64,000 bases of DNA from Scyliorhinus canicula. Lineage: Eukaryota. Position 1 is the first letter of the stretch. Each line of letters begins with the position of its first letter. The notes beneath the pieces were generated by a model. That model worked only from the letters and a program-made list of their open reading frames with translations, did not search any database and was not told the origin of the DNA. Shown here in pieces: positions 34,735 to 47,720 of the stretch. The position numbers and the translations under genes are program-made. The stretch covers positions 191,379,394-191,443,393 of the forward strand of contig NC_052153.1 in the NCBI RefSeq assembly GCF_902713615.1. Direction: 5' to 3'.

Positions 34735-36095
34735 GAACAAGAACATAGAACATACAGTGCAGAAGGAGGCCATTTGGCCCATCGAGTCTGCACCGATCCA
34801 CTTAAGCCCTCACTTCCACCCTATCCCCGTAACCCAATAACCTCTCCTAACCTTATTTTTGGCCACAAAGGGCAATTTATTGCAGCCAATCCACCTAACC
34901 TGCACGACTTTGGACTGTGGGAGGAAACCGGAGCACCCGGAGGAAACCCACGCAGGCACGGGGAGAACGTGCAGACTCCGCACAGACAGTGACCCAGCAA
35001 GGGATCGAACCTGGGACCCTGGCGCTGTGGAGCCATAGTGCTAATCACTTGTGCTATCTTGCTGCCCTGTTCTGTAAAATTAAATTCAATAGGGGTGAAT
35101 TGCCCTTTTAAATACCTCAAAATAATGTGGGGAAAGGGCGGGAACAAATTGAGGTGTTGACTCTTCAATCAGAATTTCCATTGCTCGCCACCTCCAAAGC
35201 CATCTCTACACGAGCAGGAAATTCTGGCCAGCATTTCAGATAAGTTACAAAATTAACTCTGTTTCTGTCTGCACAGATGCTCTCAACCTGCTGAGCGTTT
35301 CCACCACTTTTGTTTTTCTTAAGCCAGTTGCATCTGGGCCCGTAATATCACCTTGTTTTGAAAATGTTAACTTGTTTTGAATATTGCCACAGTCTCCCGA
35401 ACCATCATTGACTCTTTTGTGGTAAGGATCAGCACCTAACATAAACCTCCCTTGTCCGAGGAGGCCTCATTTGTCTCGAGCCCACCGATTGTGTGTCTCA
35501 CTCGCTGGGAGTGCTGTCTCAATGGAGTGGTGTAACGACAACAATCTCTCCCTCAATGCCAGCAAAACTAAAGAGCTGGTCATCGACTTCAGGAAGCAAA
35601 GTATCGAACACACCCCTGTCAGCATCAACGGGGCTGATGTGGAGATGGTTAGCAGTTTAAAATTCCTAGGGGTGCACATCACCAAAAATCTGTCCTGGTC
35701 CACTCACGTCGACGCTATCACCAAGAAAGCACAACACCGCCTATACATACATAGAATTTACAGTGCAGAAGGAGGCCATTCAGCCCATCGAGTCTGCACC
35801 GGCTCCTGGAAAGAGCACCCTACCCAAGATTAACACCTCCACCCTATCCCCATAACCCAGTAACCCCACCAAACACTAAGGGCAATTTTGGACACTAAGG
35901 GCAATTTATCATGGCCAATCCACCTAACCTGCACATCTTTGGACTGTGGGAGGAAACCGGAGCACCCGGAGGAAATCCACACATACACAGGGAGGATGTG
36001 CAGACTCCACACAGACAGTGACCCAAGCCGGAATCGAACCTGGGACCCTGGAGCTGTGAAGCGATTGTGCTATCTACAATGCTACCACTCTGCCC
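34735..36095. mobile_element. Two HE1 SINEs (34735-35070 -, 35745-36095 -) and a Rex1 fragment (35510-35745 +)
   Basis: HE1 bodies with CR1 tails; WCNDNNLSLNASKTKELVIDFRK. Confidence 0.9.
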
Positions 36096-36789
36096 ATATG
36101 TAGTATGGCCCTCGACACTGTGACGCAGTTGTGCTAAGCACTGTGCCACCGTGTGCCTGGCAATAGGTACTGCCCACAGTGTGGTGTATAGAGACACATG
36201 TCCTGAGACTAGAGTAAAATACGGACTGAACACAGACCTGTGTAGTTAGCTCAGATCTTGGATGATACCAAGTAAATATGTACAATTATATGTTATCAGG
36301 CGACAGTTAAGGTTCAACGATATGGGACTCAACCAATTTGTCAGACCGACTGAACACACAATATGGTGTCAGTGAATGACAAACCCAGAACCTCTGAAAA
36401 AACTAGAATAGAAATTAAAAAATTAAAAAATTATAGGACGAGCACCTGAAGTAGAGACACGGAAGGAGAACACCTGGAAAAGAAACTCCATTGCAGAATT
36501 ATAAGCAGAAATTCAGAAGAAAAATTCTCCACTGATTAGCGGAGGACTCCACAAGATCTCATGGAGATCCATTGCGAACACAACGAGAACACATTGTGAA
36601 CATTGGCAGAGTGCAGGATCAAAGGGCCGAACAAGCATGACCTAAATGAAAATGAAATGAAAATTGCTTATTGTCACGAGTAGGCTTCAATGAAGTTACT
36701 GTGAAAAGCCCCTAGTCGCCACATTCCGGCGCCTGTCCGGGGAGGCTGGTACGGGAAATGTTCAGTTCTAAGCCAAGACTAGTCTAAAA

Positions 36790-37823
36790 CAGGGCGAAAT
36801 TCTCCGACCCCCAGCAGGGTCGGAGAATCGCCTGGGGGCGCCAAAAATCCGGCCCCCGCCGTGGCAGAGATTCTCCGCCACCCGAGAAGTGGCGGTGGCG
36901 GGAATCTCGCCACTCTGATCGGAGAGGCCCCTGAGGTGATTCTCCGGCCCGGATGGGCTGAAGTGCCGCCGCGGGGAGGCCTCTCCCGCCGCCGAGGTTT
37001 GAACCACCTCTGTAACGGCGGGATCAGCGGCGCGAGCGGGCCCCCGGGGTCCTGGGGGGGGGGGGGGCGGGGGGCGATCGAACCCCGGGGGGAGGTGCCC
37101 CCACGGTGGCCTGGCCCGCGATCGGGGCCCCCCCGCTCAGACTCCGGGCCAGTGCCCTGGGTGCACTCTGTAATGGCCGCTGACGTCACTGCCGGCGCAT
37201 GCGCCGACCGGCGAAAGCCTTTCGGCCAGCCCCGCTGCCGGGGGCACCGTTTTTTGTGCCAGTCTTCAGGTGCCAACCGCTCCGGCGCGGGGCTGGCCCC
37301 CAAAGGTGGGGAGAATTCCCCACCTTTGGGGAGGCCCGACCCCTGAGTGGTTGGCGCCACTCCCCTACCCCGGGACCCTCCGTCACGGCGGGTAGGGGAG
37401 AATCCAGCCCACAGTGTTTTTCAAACTTTTTTTACGGGGACCCATCTTTACCAACCAACCAACCTTCGCGACCCACGCCGGCCGACCTGTGCGACCCACC
37501 ATTTTCTCTTATCTTGTTTGTTGCTGAGAAAAATGGAGGAAATGGTTTGGGTCCCTTTGGCCCCCCAAACTTGAAAAACAATAGTCTGCGACCATATAAA
37601 AACAAATGCAGCCGTACTGCGCATGCGTGCCCGATCATCGGTGGGCATACGCAGTGCGGCCGAATATTTTTCTTTCTGTTCCTGGCCAGTTTGAAGGCCG
37701 CTTGCAGCCAGCATTATTGAAAGCCGGCTGTTGCACGCGGAATTGCACGATCGGGAGTGCCGCAACCCTCCCGACACCCGCCCACGACCCACCGAATGGC
37801 GCCCCCGAGTTTGATAATGCCTG
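36790..37823. mobile_element. Non-autonomous hAT (Charlie-like) element, 8-bp TSD GTCTAAAA, interrupted after its 2nd base
   Basis: GTCTAAAA at 36782-36789 and 37824-37831; TIR CA|GTGTTTTTCAAACT ... AGTTTGATAATGCCTG. Confidence 0.85.
36792..37410. mobile_element. GC-rich TIR MITE (619 bp), TSD ACA
   Basis: ACA|GGGCGAAATTCTCC ... GGAGAATCCAGCCC|ACA. Confidence 0.9.
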
Positions 37824-38039
37824 GTCTAAAACATTTGCGTGCTGTTAGTCCGGGTTCCGAATTGGCATCATACCATGTGGTCACGGAGCTCGTAAGAAAG
37901 AAAAAAAAATGAATATGAATTAGTAGGTTAAAAAACTCTCCACTAAAGATAGGAACCCACTGTAAAACGCCCAACAACCCCAGCTGTTCAGCTTGTAAAG
38001 TAACTAAGGGGCAGAGAGACTCCATGTGAAGGAAGACAA

Positions 38040-38960
38040 TTGCCAAAGCAACCACAAGAAGGTGGTCAAACGTGTCAGTGTTGTGGAGCCAAACAACCGC
38101 ACAGGGTGAGACAATGTCCCATAACTTCAATGCTGGATTTCAACTGCAGAAACCCGGGACCCTTCAGAAAGCTATTGAAAGCTAAGAAAGGCAGACGGGT
38201 GGAGGAGGGAATTTTTAATACTTTCATGGGATGTGGGCTTCGCTGGCTAGATCAACATTTTAATTTCCCATCCTTAATTGTCCTTGAAAAGGTGGCAGTG
38301 GGCTGACTGCAGTCCATGTGGTGAAGGTACATCCACAGTGCTGCTAGGGTTCTAGGATTTTGACCCAGCGACAGTGAAGGAACGATGATCAAGTGCAGCT
38401 TGATAGCACTATCGATGATCTTACCATCACTTTGCGGATGACAAAGAGTAGACTGGTGGCTCAGTAATTGGCCGGATTGGATTTGTCCATTTCCCAGATT
38501 GATGGCAGTGTTGCAGCTGGAATAATCTGGCTAAGGGTGAAGCTGGTTCTGGAGCATCAGTGTTCAGTATTATTCCTGGAATGGTTTCTGGGTTCAAGAC
38601 AATCCGTAAGATTGAGGTACCACACCAGGAAGAGATACAACTGTACTTCTTGGAAGAGGTCAAGGATCTTGGATACTCTTTCTGGAATGTGGACATCTCA
38701 GTAAACAGTCACCTCCCCAACGTTAAACTGAACTTGGGAGCCAGTGTTACGTTCCTCTCAGATAAGGAACTATGACTGAGAGACCTCTGGCTCCACCAAC
38801 AGAGACACCACACCATGGGCCTGGAGGAATCCAGCTTCCCATCATAAGCATGATCCTATAATCACTCCTTTATAACGACAGGGAGATGTTCAAAGTCACG
38901 CACGCCATCCAAAACCAATCCTTTTCTCTCTTGAGCAGAAATGCATGCATTGGAATTAAC
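38040..38960 (+). mobile_element. Decayed Gypsy-type gag/protease remnant
   Basis: CQCCG..H.VRQCP....FNCRNPGPF (decayed Zn knuckle); WNVDISVN....VKLNLGASVTFLS (aspartic protease LDTGAS-like). Confidence 0.6.
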
Positions 38961-39304
38961 CTTCTTCCAGCGGCAGATGTCAAGATAACCTCTGTCTCCA
39001 AATAAACGGAACTACAAGTTCTTGGCAGGCTAACCAGTAAAGGGACTCTCGACTGGGACTTCAGCTCTGAATCTGAATCTTCACTCTTCGCAGAGCCAGT
39101 TTGTCCAATTTCTTTCCAGGCGGGGGAAGCCCCTCTTTGGTCAGACCAGCCATGGCTTCAGATAATTACCACTGTACCTCGAGTGGAAGGCACACAGGAA
39201 AATGGCCAGCAACAAAAGAATGATCGCCAAGGAGGGACACCGTCAACTCCCACAAAGTTCATGGTGGATCACACAGAGAAAGAAGAAGCGGGTTCATCCC
39301 ACAA

Positions 39305-39545
39305 ACGGGCAGCACGGTCGCACAAGTGGATAGCACTGTGGCTTCACAGCGCCAGGGTCCCAGGTTCGATTCCCCGCTGGGTCACTGTCTGTGCGGAGTC
39401 TGCATGTCCTCCCCGTGTGTGCGTGGGCTTCCTCCGGGTGCTCCGGTTTCCTCTCTCAGTCTAAAGATGTGCGGGTTAGGTGGATTGGCCGTGCTAAATT
39501 GCCAATAGTTACCAAAAAGGTTATGAGGGTTTTTTGGGTTACGGG
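39305..39545 (+). mobile_element. HE1 SINE, 3'-truncated
   Basis: HE1 head and body. Confidence 0.9.
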
Positions 39546-42110
39546 GCAAGAACATAGAAAATACAGCACAGAACAGGCCCTTCAGCCCACAATGTTGTGC
39601 CAAACTTTTGTCCTAGATTAAGAACAAATCAATCTACACCCCAACATTCTACCGTAATCCTACCTATCCAATAGCCGCTTGAATGTCCCTCATGTTTCTG
39701 ACTCAACTACTTCCACAGGCAGTGCATTCCATGCCCCCAATACTCTCTGGGTAAAGAACCTACCTCTGACATCCCCCCCTATATCTTCCACCATTCACCT
39801 TAAATTTATGTCCCCTTGTAATGGTTTGTTCTACCCGGGGAAAAAGTCTCTGACTGTCTACTCTATCTATTCCCCTGATCATCTTATAAACCTCTACTAA
39901 GTCGCCCCTCATCCTTCTCCGTTCTAATGAGAAAAGGCCTACCACCCTCAACCTTTCCTCGTACGACCTACTCTCCATTCCAGGCAACATCCTGGTAAAT
40001 CTCCTTTGCACCTTTTCCAAAGCTTCCATATCCTTCCTAAAATGAGGCGACCAGAACTGTACACATTACTCCAAATGTGGCCTTACCAAGGTTTTGTACA
40101 GCTGCATCACCACCTCATGGCTCTTAAATTCAATCCCTCTGCTAATGAACGCCAGCACACCGAAGGCCTTCTTCACAGCTCTATCCACTTGAATGGCAAC
40201 TTTCAAAGATCTATGAACATAGACCCCAAGATCTCTCTGCTCCTTTACATTGCCAAGAACCCTACCGTTAACCCTGTATTCCGCATTCATATTTGTCCTT
40301 CCAAAATGGACAACCTCACACTTGTCAGGGTTAAACTCCATCTGCCACTTCTCAGCCCAGCTCTGCATCCTATCTATGTCTCTTTGCAGCCAACAAGGTT
40401 TTGTACAGCTGCATCATCACCTCACAACTCTTAAATTCAATCTCTCTGCTCAGAAATCCTATCCCTCAGTACCCTTTCCATTACTTTGCCTGCCACCGAA
40501 GTAAGACTAACTGGCCTGTAATTCCCAGGGTTTTCCCCACAGGCGCACGGCATTCACCACACTCTAATCCCCTGGTATCACCCCTGTTGATAGTGAGGAC
40601 GAAAAGATCATTGCCAAAGGCTCTGTAATTTCATCTCTTGCTTCCCATAGAATCTTTGGATATATCCCATCAGGCCCGGGGGACTTGTCTATCCTCAAGT
40701 TTTTCAAAATGCCCAACACATCTTCCTTCCTACCAAGTATCTCCTCGAGCTTACCAGTCTGTTTCACACTGTCCTCTCCAACAATATGGTCCCTCTCATT
40801 CATAAATACTGAAGAAAGGTACTCGTTCAAGACCTCTCCTATCTCTTCAGGCTCAATACACAATCTCCCGCTACTCTCCTTGATCGGACCTACCTTCGCT
40901 CGAGTCAATCTCATATTTCTCACATATGTGTAAAAGGCCTTGGGGTTTTCCTTGATCCTACCTGCCAAAGATTTTTCATGTCCTCTCTTCGCTCTCCTAA
41001 TCCCTTTCTTCAGTTCCCTCCTGGCTATCTTATATCCCTCCAGCGCCCTGTCTGAACCTTGTTACCTCAGCCTGACATAAGTCGCCTTCTTCCTCTTAAC
41101 AAGACATCCAACCTCTCTTGTCAACCATGGTTCCCTCACTCGACCATCTCTTCCCTGCCTGACAGGGACATACATATCAAGGACATGTAGTATCTGTTCC
41201 TTGAACAAGTTCCACATTTCACTTGAGTCCTTTCCTGACAGCCTATGTTCCCAATTTATGCACTTCAGTTCTTGTCTGACAGCATTGTATTTACCCTTCC
41301 CCCAATTATAAACCTTGCCCTGTTGCACGCACCTATCCCTCTCCATTATTAAAGTGAAAGTCACAGAATTGTGGTCATTATCTCCAGAATGCTCCCCCAC
41401 TAACAAATCTATCACTTGCCCTGGTTCATTACCAAGTACCAAATCCAATATGGCCTCCCCTCTGGTCAGACAATACTGTGTTAGAAAAGCTTCCTGGACA
41501 CACTGCACAAACACCACCCCATCCAAACTATTTGATCTAAAGAGTTTCCACTCAATATTTGGGAAGTTGAAGTCACCCATAACTACTACCCTGTGACTTC
41601 TGCACCTTTCAAAAATCTGTTTCCCAATCTGTTCCTCCACATCTCTGCTGCTATTGGGGGGCCTATAGGAAACGTCCAACAAGGTGACTGCTCCTTTCCT
41701 ATTTCTGACTTCAACCCATATTACCTCAGTAGGCAGATCCTCCTCGAACTGTCTTTCTGCAGCTGTTATACTATCTCTAATTAACAATGCCACCCCCCCC
41801 CCCCCCCACCTCTCTTAACACCCTCCCTAATCTTATTGAAACATCTATAACCAGGGACCTCCAACAACCATTTCTGCCCCTCTTCTATCCAAGTTTCCAT
41901 GATGGCCGCCTGATCGTAGTCCCAAGTACCGATCCATGCCTTAAGTTCACCCACCTTATTCCTGATGCTTTTTGCGTTGAAGTATATATACTTAAACCCA
42001 TCTCTGTGCCTGCAAGTACTCTCCTTTGTCGGTGTTACCTTCCCCACTGCCTCACTACATTCTTTGACGTCCTGAACATCGGCTACCTTAGTTGCTGGAC
42101 TACAAATCCG
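39545..42110 (-). mobile_element. CR1 LINE (endonuclease, partial RT and 3' end; internal deletion)
   Basis: IYFNAKSIRNK, VVMGDFNFPNI, AILDLVL.NEP, DKSPGPDGIYP, RRFTRMLPG; (TTCTATG)n-type tail. Confidence 0.93.
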
Positions 42111-42734
42111 GATAGGGTGGAAGTGAGTGCTTAATCAGTCAGTGCAGGCTCAATGGGCTGAATGGCCTCCTTCTGCACTGTATGTTCTATGTAAATGGAT
42201 GCAGTATACACACTCTCAGGATTGGGAAAGAATAGGACAAACTGGTAGCCCCGAGCAGAGCAGATGGGGAACTGACAAAGAGAAGTTGAATGCAAGGAGC
42301 GGAACAAACATATGTTAAGATCCCGGACGGGAAACAAATTATTTTCGATTTGTAAAACTGTGAGGAAATGTTACTGCCCCACAGGAGGGATAACACTGAC
42401 CAATAGGTATCTTTTATCCTATAACAAATGTTAATTTAAACACAAAATTAAGCACATGAGCAACAAAATAAATAGCTTTACAGATAACAGTTACAACAGT
42501 TCTTAAGGTCAAGAGAAAACCTTAACTTAATTCCTGAACCTGCCACTATATTCCAATTAAGCAAACCAATATATTTCAAATACCACTCGTGAATAATGTG
42601 AACAACCAGGTTTCCACTTGATTTTCTCTGCGCAGAATCTTTCGAGAGCGAACCTTTCAGGACCAAAGTGAATCACCTCTGTTCAGATGAGAGTTCTAGG
42701 ACAATTAACTTTTCAGACAGACCTGGCTCCTCCC

Positions 42735-43030
42735 ATGGGCAGCACGGTAGCAGAGGTGGATAGCACTGCTGCTTCACAGCTCCAGGGTCCCAGGTTCGAT
42801 TCCCGGCTTGGGTCACTGTCTATGCGGAGTCTGCTCGTTCTCCCCATGTCTGCGTGGGTTTCCTCCGAGTGCTCCGCTTTCCTCCCACAAGTCCCGAAAG
42901 ACGTGCTGTTAGGTAACGTGGACGTTCTGAATTCTCCCTCTGTGTACCCAAACAGGCGCTGAAATGTGGCGACTAGGGGCTTTTCACAGTAACTTCATTG
43001 CAGTGTTAATGTAAGCCTACTTGTGACATA
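42735..43030 (+). mobile_element. HE1-like SINE with family-B-type tail
   Basis: HE1 body then TGTACCCAAACAGGCGC..GGCGACTAGGGG..GCCTACTTGTGACA. Confidence 0.88.
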
Positions 43031-43039
43031 TATAAAAAA

Positions 43040-43860
43040 AGAATGGACAGTCCAATGCCAAGATGTACAGAGGACCAGAGGGGCCTTTGAGTGCTTGTCC
43101 ATAAATCCCTGAAGACAGCAGGACAGGTAGCTAAGTTGGTTAAGAAGGCTAATGGGACCTTGTCTTTATTAGCCGAGGCATAGAATATAAGATCAGGGAG
43201 GTAATGATGGAGCTGTATAAAACACTTGTTAGGATACAGCTGGAGTACTGTGTGCAGTTCTGGTTGCCACACTATAGGAAGGATATGATTGCACTAGAGA
43301 GGGTGCAGAGGAGATTCACCAGAATGTTGCCTGGGCTGGAGCGTTTCAGCTATCAAGTGAGGTTAGGGTAGGGTTGCTTTCCTTGGAACAGAGAAGGCTG
43401 AGGGGGTCCTAATCGAGGTGTATAAGATTATGAGGGACATAGACAGGGTCAATAGAAATAATCTTTCCCCTTAGTTGATGGGTTCATAACCAGGGGGCAT
43501 AGATTTAAGGCAAGGGGCAGGAAATTTAACATAGATTAACATAGAGCAGACAGTGCAACAGGAGGCCATTCGGCCCATCGAGTCTGCACTGAGCCCATTA
43601 AGCCCTCACTTCCACCCTATTCCCATAGCCCAATAACCCCTTCTAACCGTTTTGGACACTAAGGGCAATTTAGCATGGCCAATCCACCTAACCTGCACAT
43701 CTTTGGACTGTGTGAGGAATCCGGAGCACCCGGAGGAAACCCACGCAGATACGGGGAGAATGTGCAGACGCCGCACAGACAGCGTTCCAGCGGGGAATCG
43801 AACCTGGGACCCTGGCGCTGTGAAGCCACAGTGCTAGCCACTTGTGCTACCATGCTGCCC
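43040..43860. mobile_element. CR1 3' ORF2 fragment (+, 43040-43530) and HE1 SINE (-, 43530-43860)
   Basis: QLEYCVQFW..RFTRMLPG; HE1 reverse complement. Confidence 0.88.
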
Positions 43861-45417
43861 CATGGCCACCATGCCACTCCATCTCCTGCTGGAGGAGAAT
43901 TGGAACTGATTAGCGCTCCCGCTGGGATTCCCGAGGCAATCCCGCTATTGGGCCGCTATTTTGAGCGGGGCGGCCCGATAGCAAGCTCTCGCTACTGACC
44001 ACTACCAACCGCCCCCCCCGCCCCCCCCCCCATTGCAAAGCAGCCCCCTCCCTCCAGCTGTCAATTTCCAGCACAGCACTTCAAAATCACTCAAGCGTGA
44101 AGGAGGTGATTGGAATGCACTTAACTCTTTTTGAAGTGGTTGATGTTTGCAAACATTGTGGTTACAGCACTTCAGAGTTACTCATCTGTGAAGGGAGATG
44201 AATTAAACCAGGCTGACAGCTGTGTGTGTGGAAGTTGTCAATCACAGCCCACTAAGGGAAATGAAGGAATGGCTTGCAGCTAAAGGATTTGACGGTCACT
44301 GCTTTTCTCTTTCCAAGAATGGACACGTGGTGCTTCCTCTGCCAGAGCCAGCAGGCTTATGCCCAGGTGAGTGTTACAACAGCAGTGTTTTTCACTGCCC
44401 CTGTCTGGTCTGCTGTCTAGCTTCCGGACAGGGGTCTCTTTTCTGGGGAGTCTGTGGAGGAGGGAGGGATTGGGGGGGGGGGGAGGTGGTACTGCCATAT
44501 GCGTACGGCCACGGGCCACTTCAAATGTACACGGGCCGGCAGCAAAACCTCGGCCCGTGCTTGTTTTCCATGCCACCCCAGGCTCCGAGAAAGCCCTGCA
44601 GACACTCTGCGCACTGATTGCAGAATTCCATACTCGGGCGTAAAATGTCCAAATGCCCAAACAACAGCAACGTTAATCGACAGGCTCCGTAACTTTGTTC
44701 AAAATACAGTTTATGGGGAGGTGGCTCAGTCGGACAGGCAGCTCGTCGACAGTTCCGGTTGTAGCCTCATCACCAGTTTAATAAGACACGGGGAGTCGTC
44801 AGCGAGTTGAAGGAAAGACATTTATTTAACAACAATATTATTTACACGAAGCCCAGTTACACCTCACCGGGTCCTCTCTCCTTTCTGGTTGGCTCCACAC
44901 AGGCTGACCTTTAATACCATATAAGCTACCCCCCCCCCCCCCCCCACCCCAAGCAGGGAAGCTCGCACTCCCAATGAGAACGGGGAAACAATCAACTCCA
45001 GCCAGATGTGTCCCGTGCAGGTTATTACAGCTTCCCCATCTAGGGGGCCTCCCAATCCCGGGTGTCTTGGGAGGGGTGGGAGAGAGTGGGGAATTTGGTA
45101 GGGGAGATGTGGGCAGATCAAGCATTGTGGGGGTGGAGGGTGGCTCTCGGGTAGACTTTGGGGGCAAGTCCCTTAAAGGGTTACCCCCCAGGCCCACAGC
45201 TAGTTCCACCATGCCAGGGACACCCTGGCAAGTACCAGTAAGTGATCGCCGGCCACTTGATTCCTACGCAGAGGACCGGAGAATTGTGAGGGCCCAGAGT
45301 GGGCTTGTTAAGTGGGCGTAAACAGGTTATTGGAACCCATCTGCATCCATTTGCATTCTCCCGCTGAAGCCCGATCCCGTTGCCAGCGGCGGAGGGGGGG
45401 GGGGGGGTGAGTGTGTG

Positions 45418-45820
45418 TGTCGTGTTAATCCCCTGGGGTAACACGGACTGCAACTGGATGCAGTTGTACTTGAAAGTAGACTCCAAACAATGGTGTTGGT
45501 TCAATAGGCTTTATTGAACTTGTTAAGCAGTGCACACTCTACTAATCTAAGCGTGCTTACTATAACTAACTGGACCGGACTAGCTCTGAGCCACATGTAG
45601 AAGGTGCTAACTGACATATACACCCTGACTGTCACTACAGTTGTCACCAGTGGAAAGAGGCAGAGTGTTGATGCCTCGTGTGTTTTATAGTGGGAGAGAC
45701 CACCTTCTACTGTTCTGCTTAGTGATTGGTTGTGTTCTGTCATGTGTGTTGATTGGCTGTACTGGGTGTCTGTCACTGCCTGTCTGCATCTCATTATGTG
45801 CATGAGTGCATATCATGACA
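45418..45820 (-). mobile_element. Solo LTR, same family as 6042-6464
   Basis: TGTCGTG...CATGACA and colinear interior; TSD not clean. Confidence 0.85.
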
Positions 45821-45999
45821 GGGCGGAGCATAGCGGTTTGTTTGGCACCTGCCGCTAACCTTGTTTTCGGCCGGACGCCCGATCACGACCTGTGTTGCCG
45901 GCGTCTCAGGGCGGAGTACCCAGGACGGTCTGAAAGGGTAGAGGCAGGAATATATGGTAGAGGCGGGAACCCTCCCGCCATTTAAAGAAGCATTTCATA

Positions 46000-46335
46000 G
46001 ATATCATAGAATTTACAGTACAGAAGGAGGCCATTCAGCCCATCGAGTCTGCACCGGCCCTTGGAAAGAGCACCCTACCCAAGCCCACATCTCCACCCTA
46101 TCCCCATAACCCAGTAACCCCACCCAACACTAAGGGCAATTTTGAACACTAAGGGCAATTTATCATGGCCAATCCACCTAACCTGCACATTTTTGGACTG
46201 TGGGAGGAATCCGGAGCACCCGGAGGAACCCACGCAGATACGGGGAGAATGTGCAGACTCCGCACAGACAGCGTTCCAGCGGGGAATCGAACCTGGGACC
46301 CTGGAGCTGTGAAGCAATTGTGCTAACCACTGTGG
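46000..46335 (-). mobile_element. HE1 SINE with CR1 tail
   Basis: HE1 reverse complement. Confidence 0.9.
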
Positions 46336-46599
46336 TACCGCTCATTTAGATTAGCTCTGGAGCCGAACAGCAAACCAGGCTACTGACCAAGTGCTGGAAT
46401 GTGGGATTGGAATAGATAGGGGCGTGATGGCCGGCACAGACTAGAGGGGCCGAAGGGCCTAATTCTGTGCTGTAAAACTCTGACTGAATATAAAAGAGCT
46501 GCAGCTAATCTGTGCACAGCAAGGTGATGGGGATCAGGTATCTGTGATGCTCAGTAGGGGTTGACTCCCCCTCCATGTGGAACACAGTGTGAGCTGCCA

Positions 46600-47140
46600 G
46601 TGAGGGAGTGCAGCCCGCAGGCGGCGCCCAGACTCTGTGTGTGTGGCCCGGGCCAATGAGGCTCTGTGCGGGGCGGCAGCGTCTGAGCAGCGCCGCCTTT
46701 CCCCGGCTGTGCCAGCCCCGGCTGCCAGCGCTCCGCACCTGGGAAAGCGGCGCAGAGACAGACAGAGAGACCCGGAGACAGAGCCCGGCTGCAGCATAAC
46801 CCCAGCGCGGAGCCGCAGCCCGGAGCCCCAGCGCGGAGCCGCAGCCCGGATCCCCAGCCCGGCTGCAGCACAGCCTCAGCCCGGAGCCCCAGCCCGGCTG
46901 CAGCGGAGCCCCAGCGCGGAGCCCCAGCCCGGCTGCAGCGGAGCCCCAGCGCGGAGCCCCAGCCCAGCCCGGCTGCAGCGGAGCCCCAGCGCGGAGCCCC
47001 AGCCCAGCCCGGCTGCAGCGGAGCCCCAGCGCGGAGCCCCAGCCCAGCCCGGCTGCAGCGGAGCCCCAGCGGAGCGAAAGGGCAGCGGCAGCAGTGTGAC
47101 TCTCAACAGGAACCGGGATCACAGCCGGAGCTGCATTAGA
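46600..47140 (+). promoter_or_regulatory. CpG-island promoter / probable non-coding first exon of the TESK gene, with a 35/40-bp GC-rich VNTR (46790-47075)
   Basis: CCAAT 46653, GGGGCGG 46670, dense CpG in non-TE sequence 1.4-1.9 kb upstream of the ATG. Confidence 0.65.
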
Positions 47141-47545
47141 GGGAAACTCAGGATCAAACCTGGAGCAGGATTAGAGGGAAAATCAGGATTAGATCTGGAG
47201 CAGGATTAGAGGGTAAATCAGGATTAGATCTGGAGCAGGATTAGAGGGTAAATCAGGATTAGATCTGGAGCAGGATTAGAGGGTAAATCAGGATTAGATC
47301 TGGAGCAGGAGTAGAGGGAAAACCAGCATTAGACCTGGAGCAGAATTAGAGGCTAAAGCAGGATCAAACCTGAAGCAGGATTAGAGGGGAAATCAGGAAT
47401 AGATCTGGACCAGGATTAGAGGGAAAACCAGGATTTGATCTGGACCAAGATTAGAGGGTAAACCAGGATTGGATCTGGACCAGGATTAGAGGGTAAATCA
47501 GGATTTGGTCTGGAGCAGGATTAGAGGGAAAACCAGGATTATTAC
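47140..47545. repeat. 35-bp minisatellite (TGGAGCAGGATTAGAGGGTAAATCAGGATTAGATC), ~11 copies
   Basis: Period 35 (47161, 47196 ...). Confidence 0.93.
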
Positions 47546-47614
47546 AGGAAAGGTTGGAGCAGGATTAGAGGGAACACTAGTGTCAGACCCAGAGCTGGAA
47601 GTGAGGTGAACCAG

Positions 47615-47720
47615 GATCAGACGGGGAGCAGGGTTTGGGGAGGATCGGACAGGGAGCAGGGTTTGGGGAGGATCGGACAGGGAGCAGGGTTTGGGGAGGA
47701 TCAGACAGGGAGCAGGGTTT
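47615..47720. repeat. 28-bp tandem repeat, ~4 copies
   Basis: GGATCGGACAGGGAGCAGGGTTTGGGGA at 47642, 47670 ... Confidence 0.9.

Noticed and set aside
46505-47209. 190-205-aa Ala/Pro/Gly-rich ORFs as a coding TESK1 N-terminus
   Set aside because: Derived from a GC-rich VNTR, open in many frames on both strands, start at non-ATG codons, and have no kinase-family similarity.
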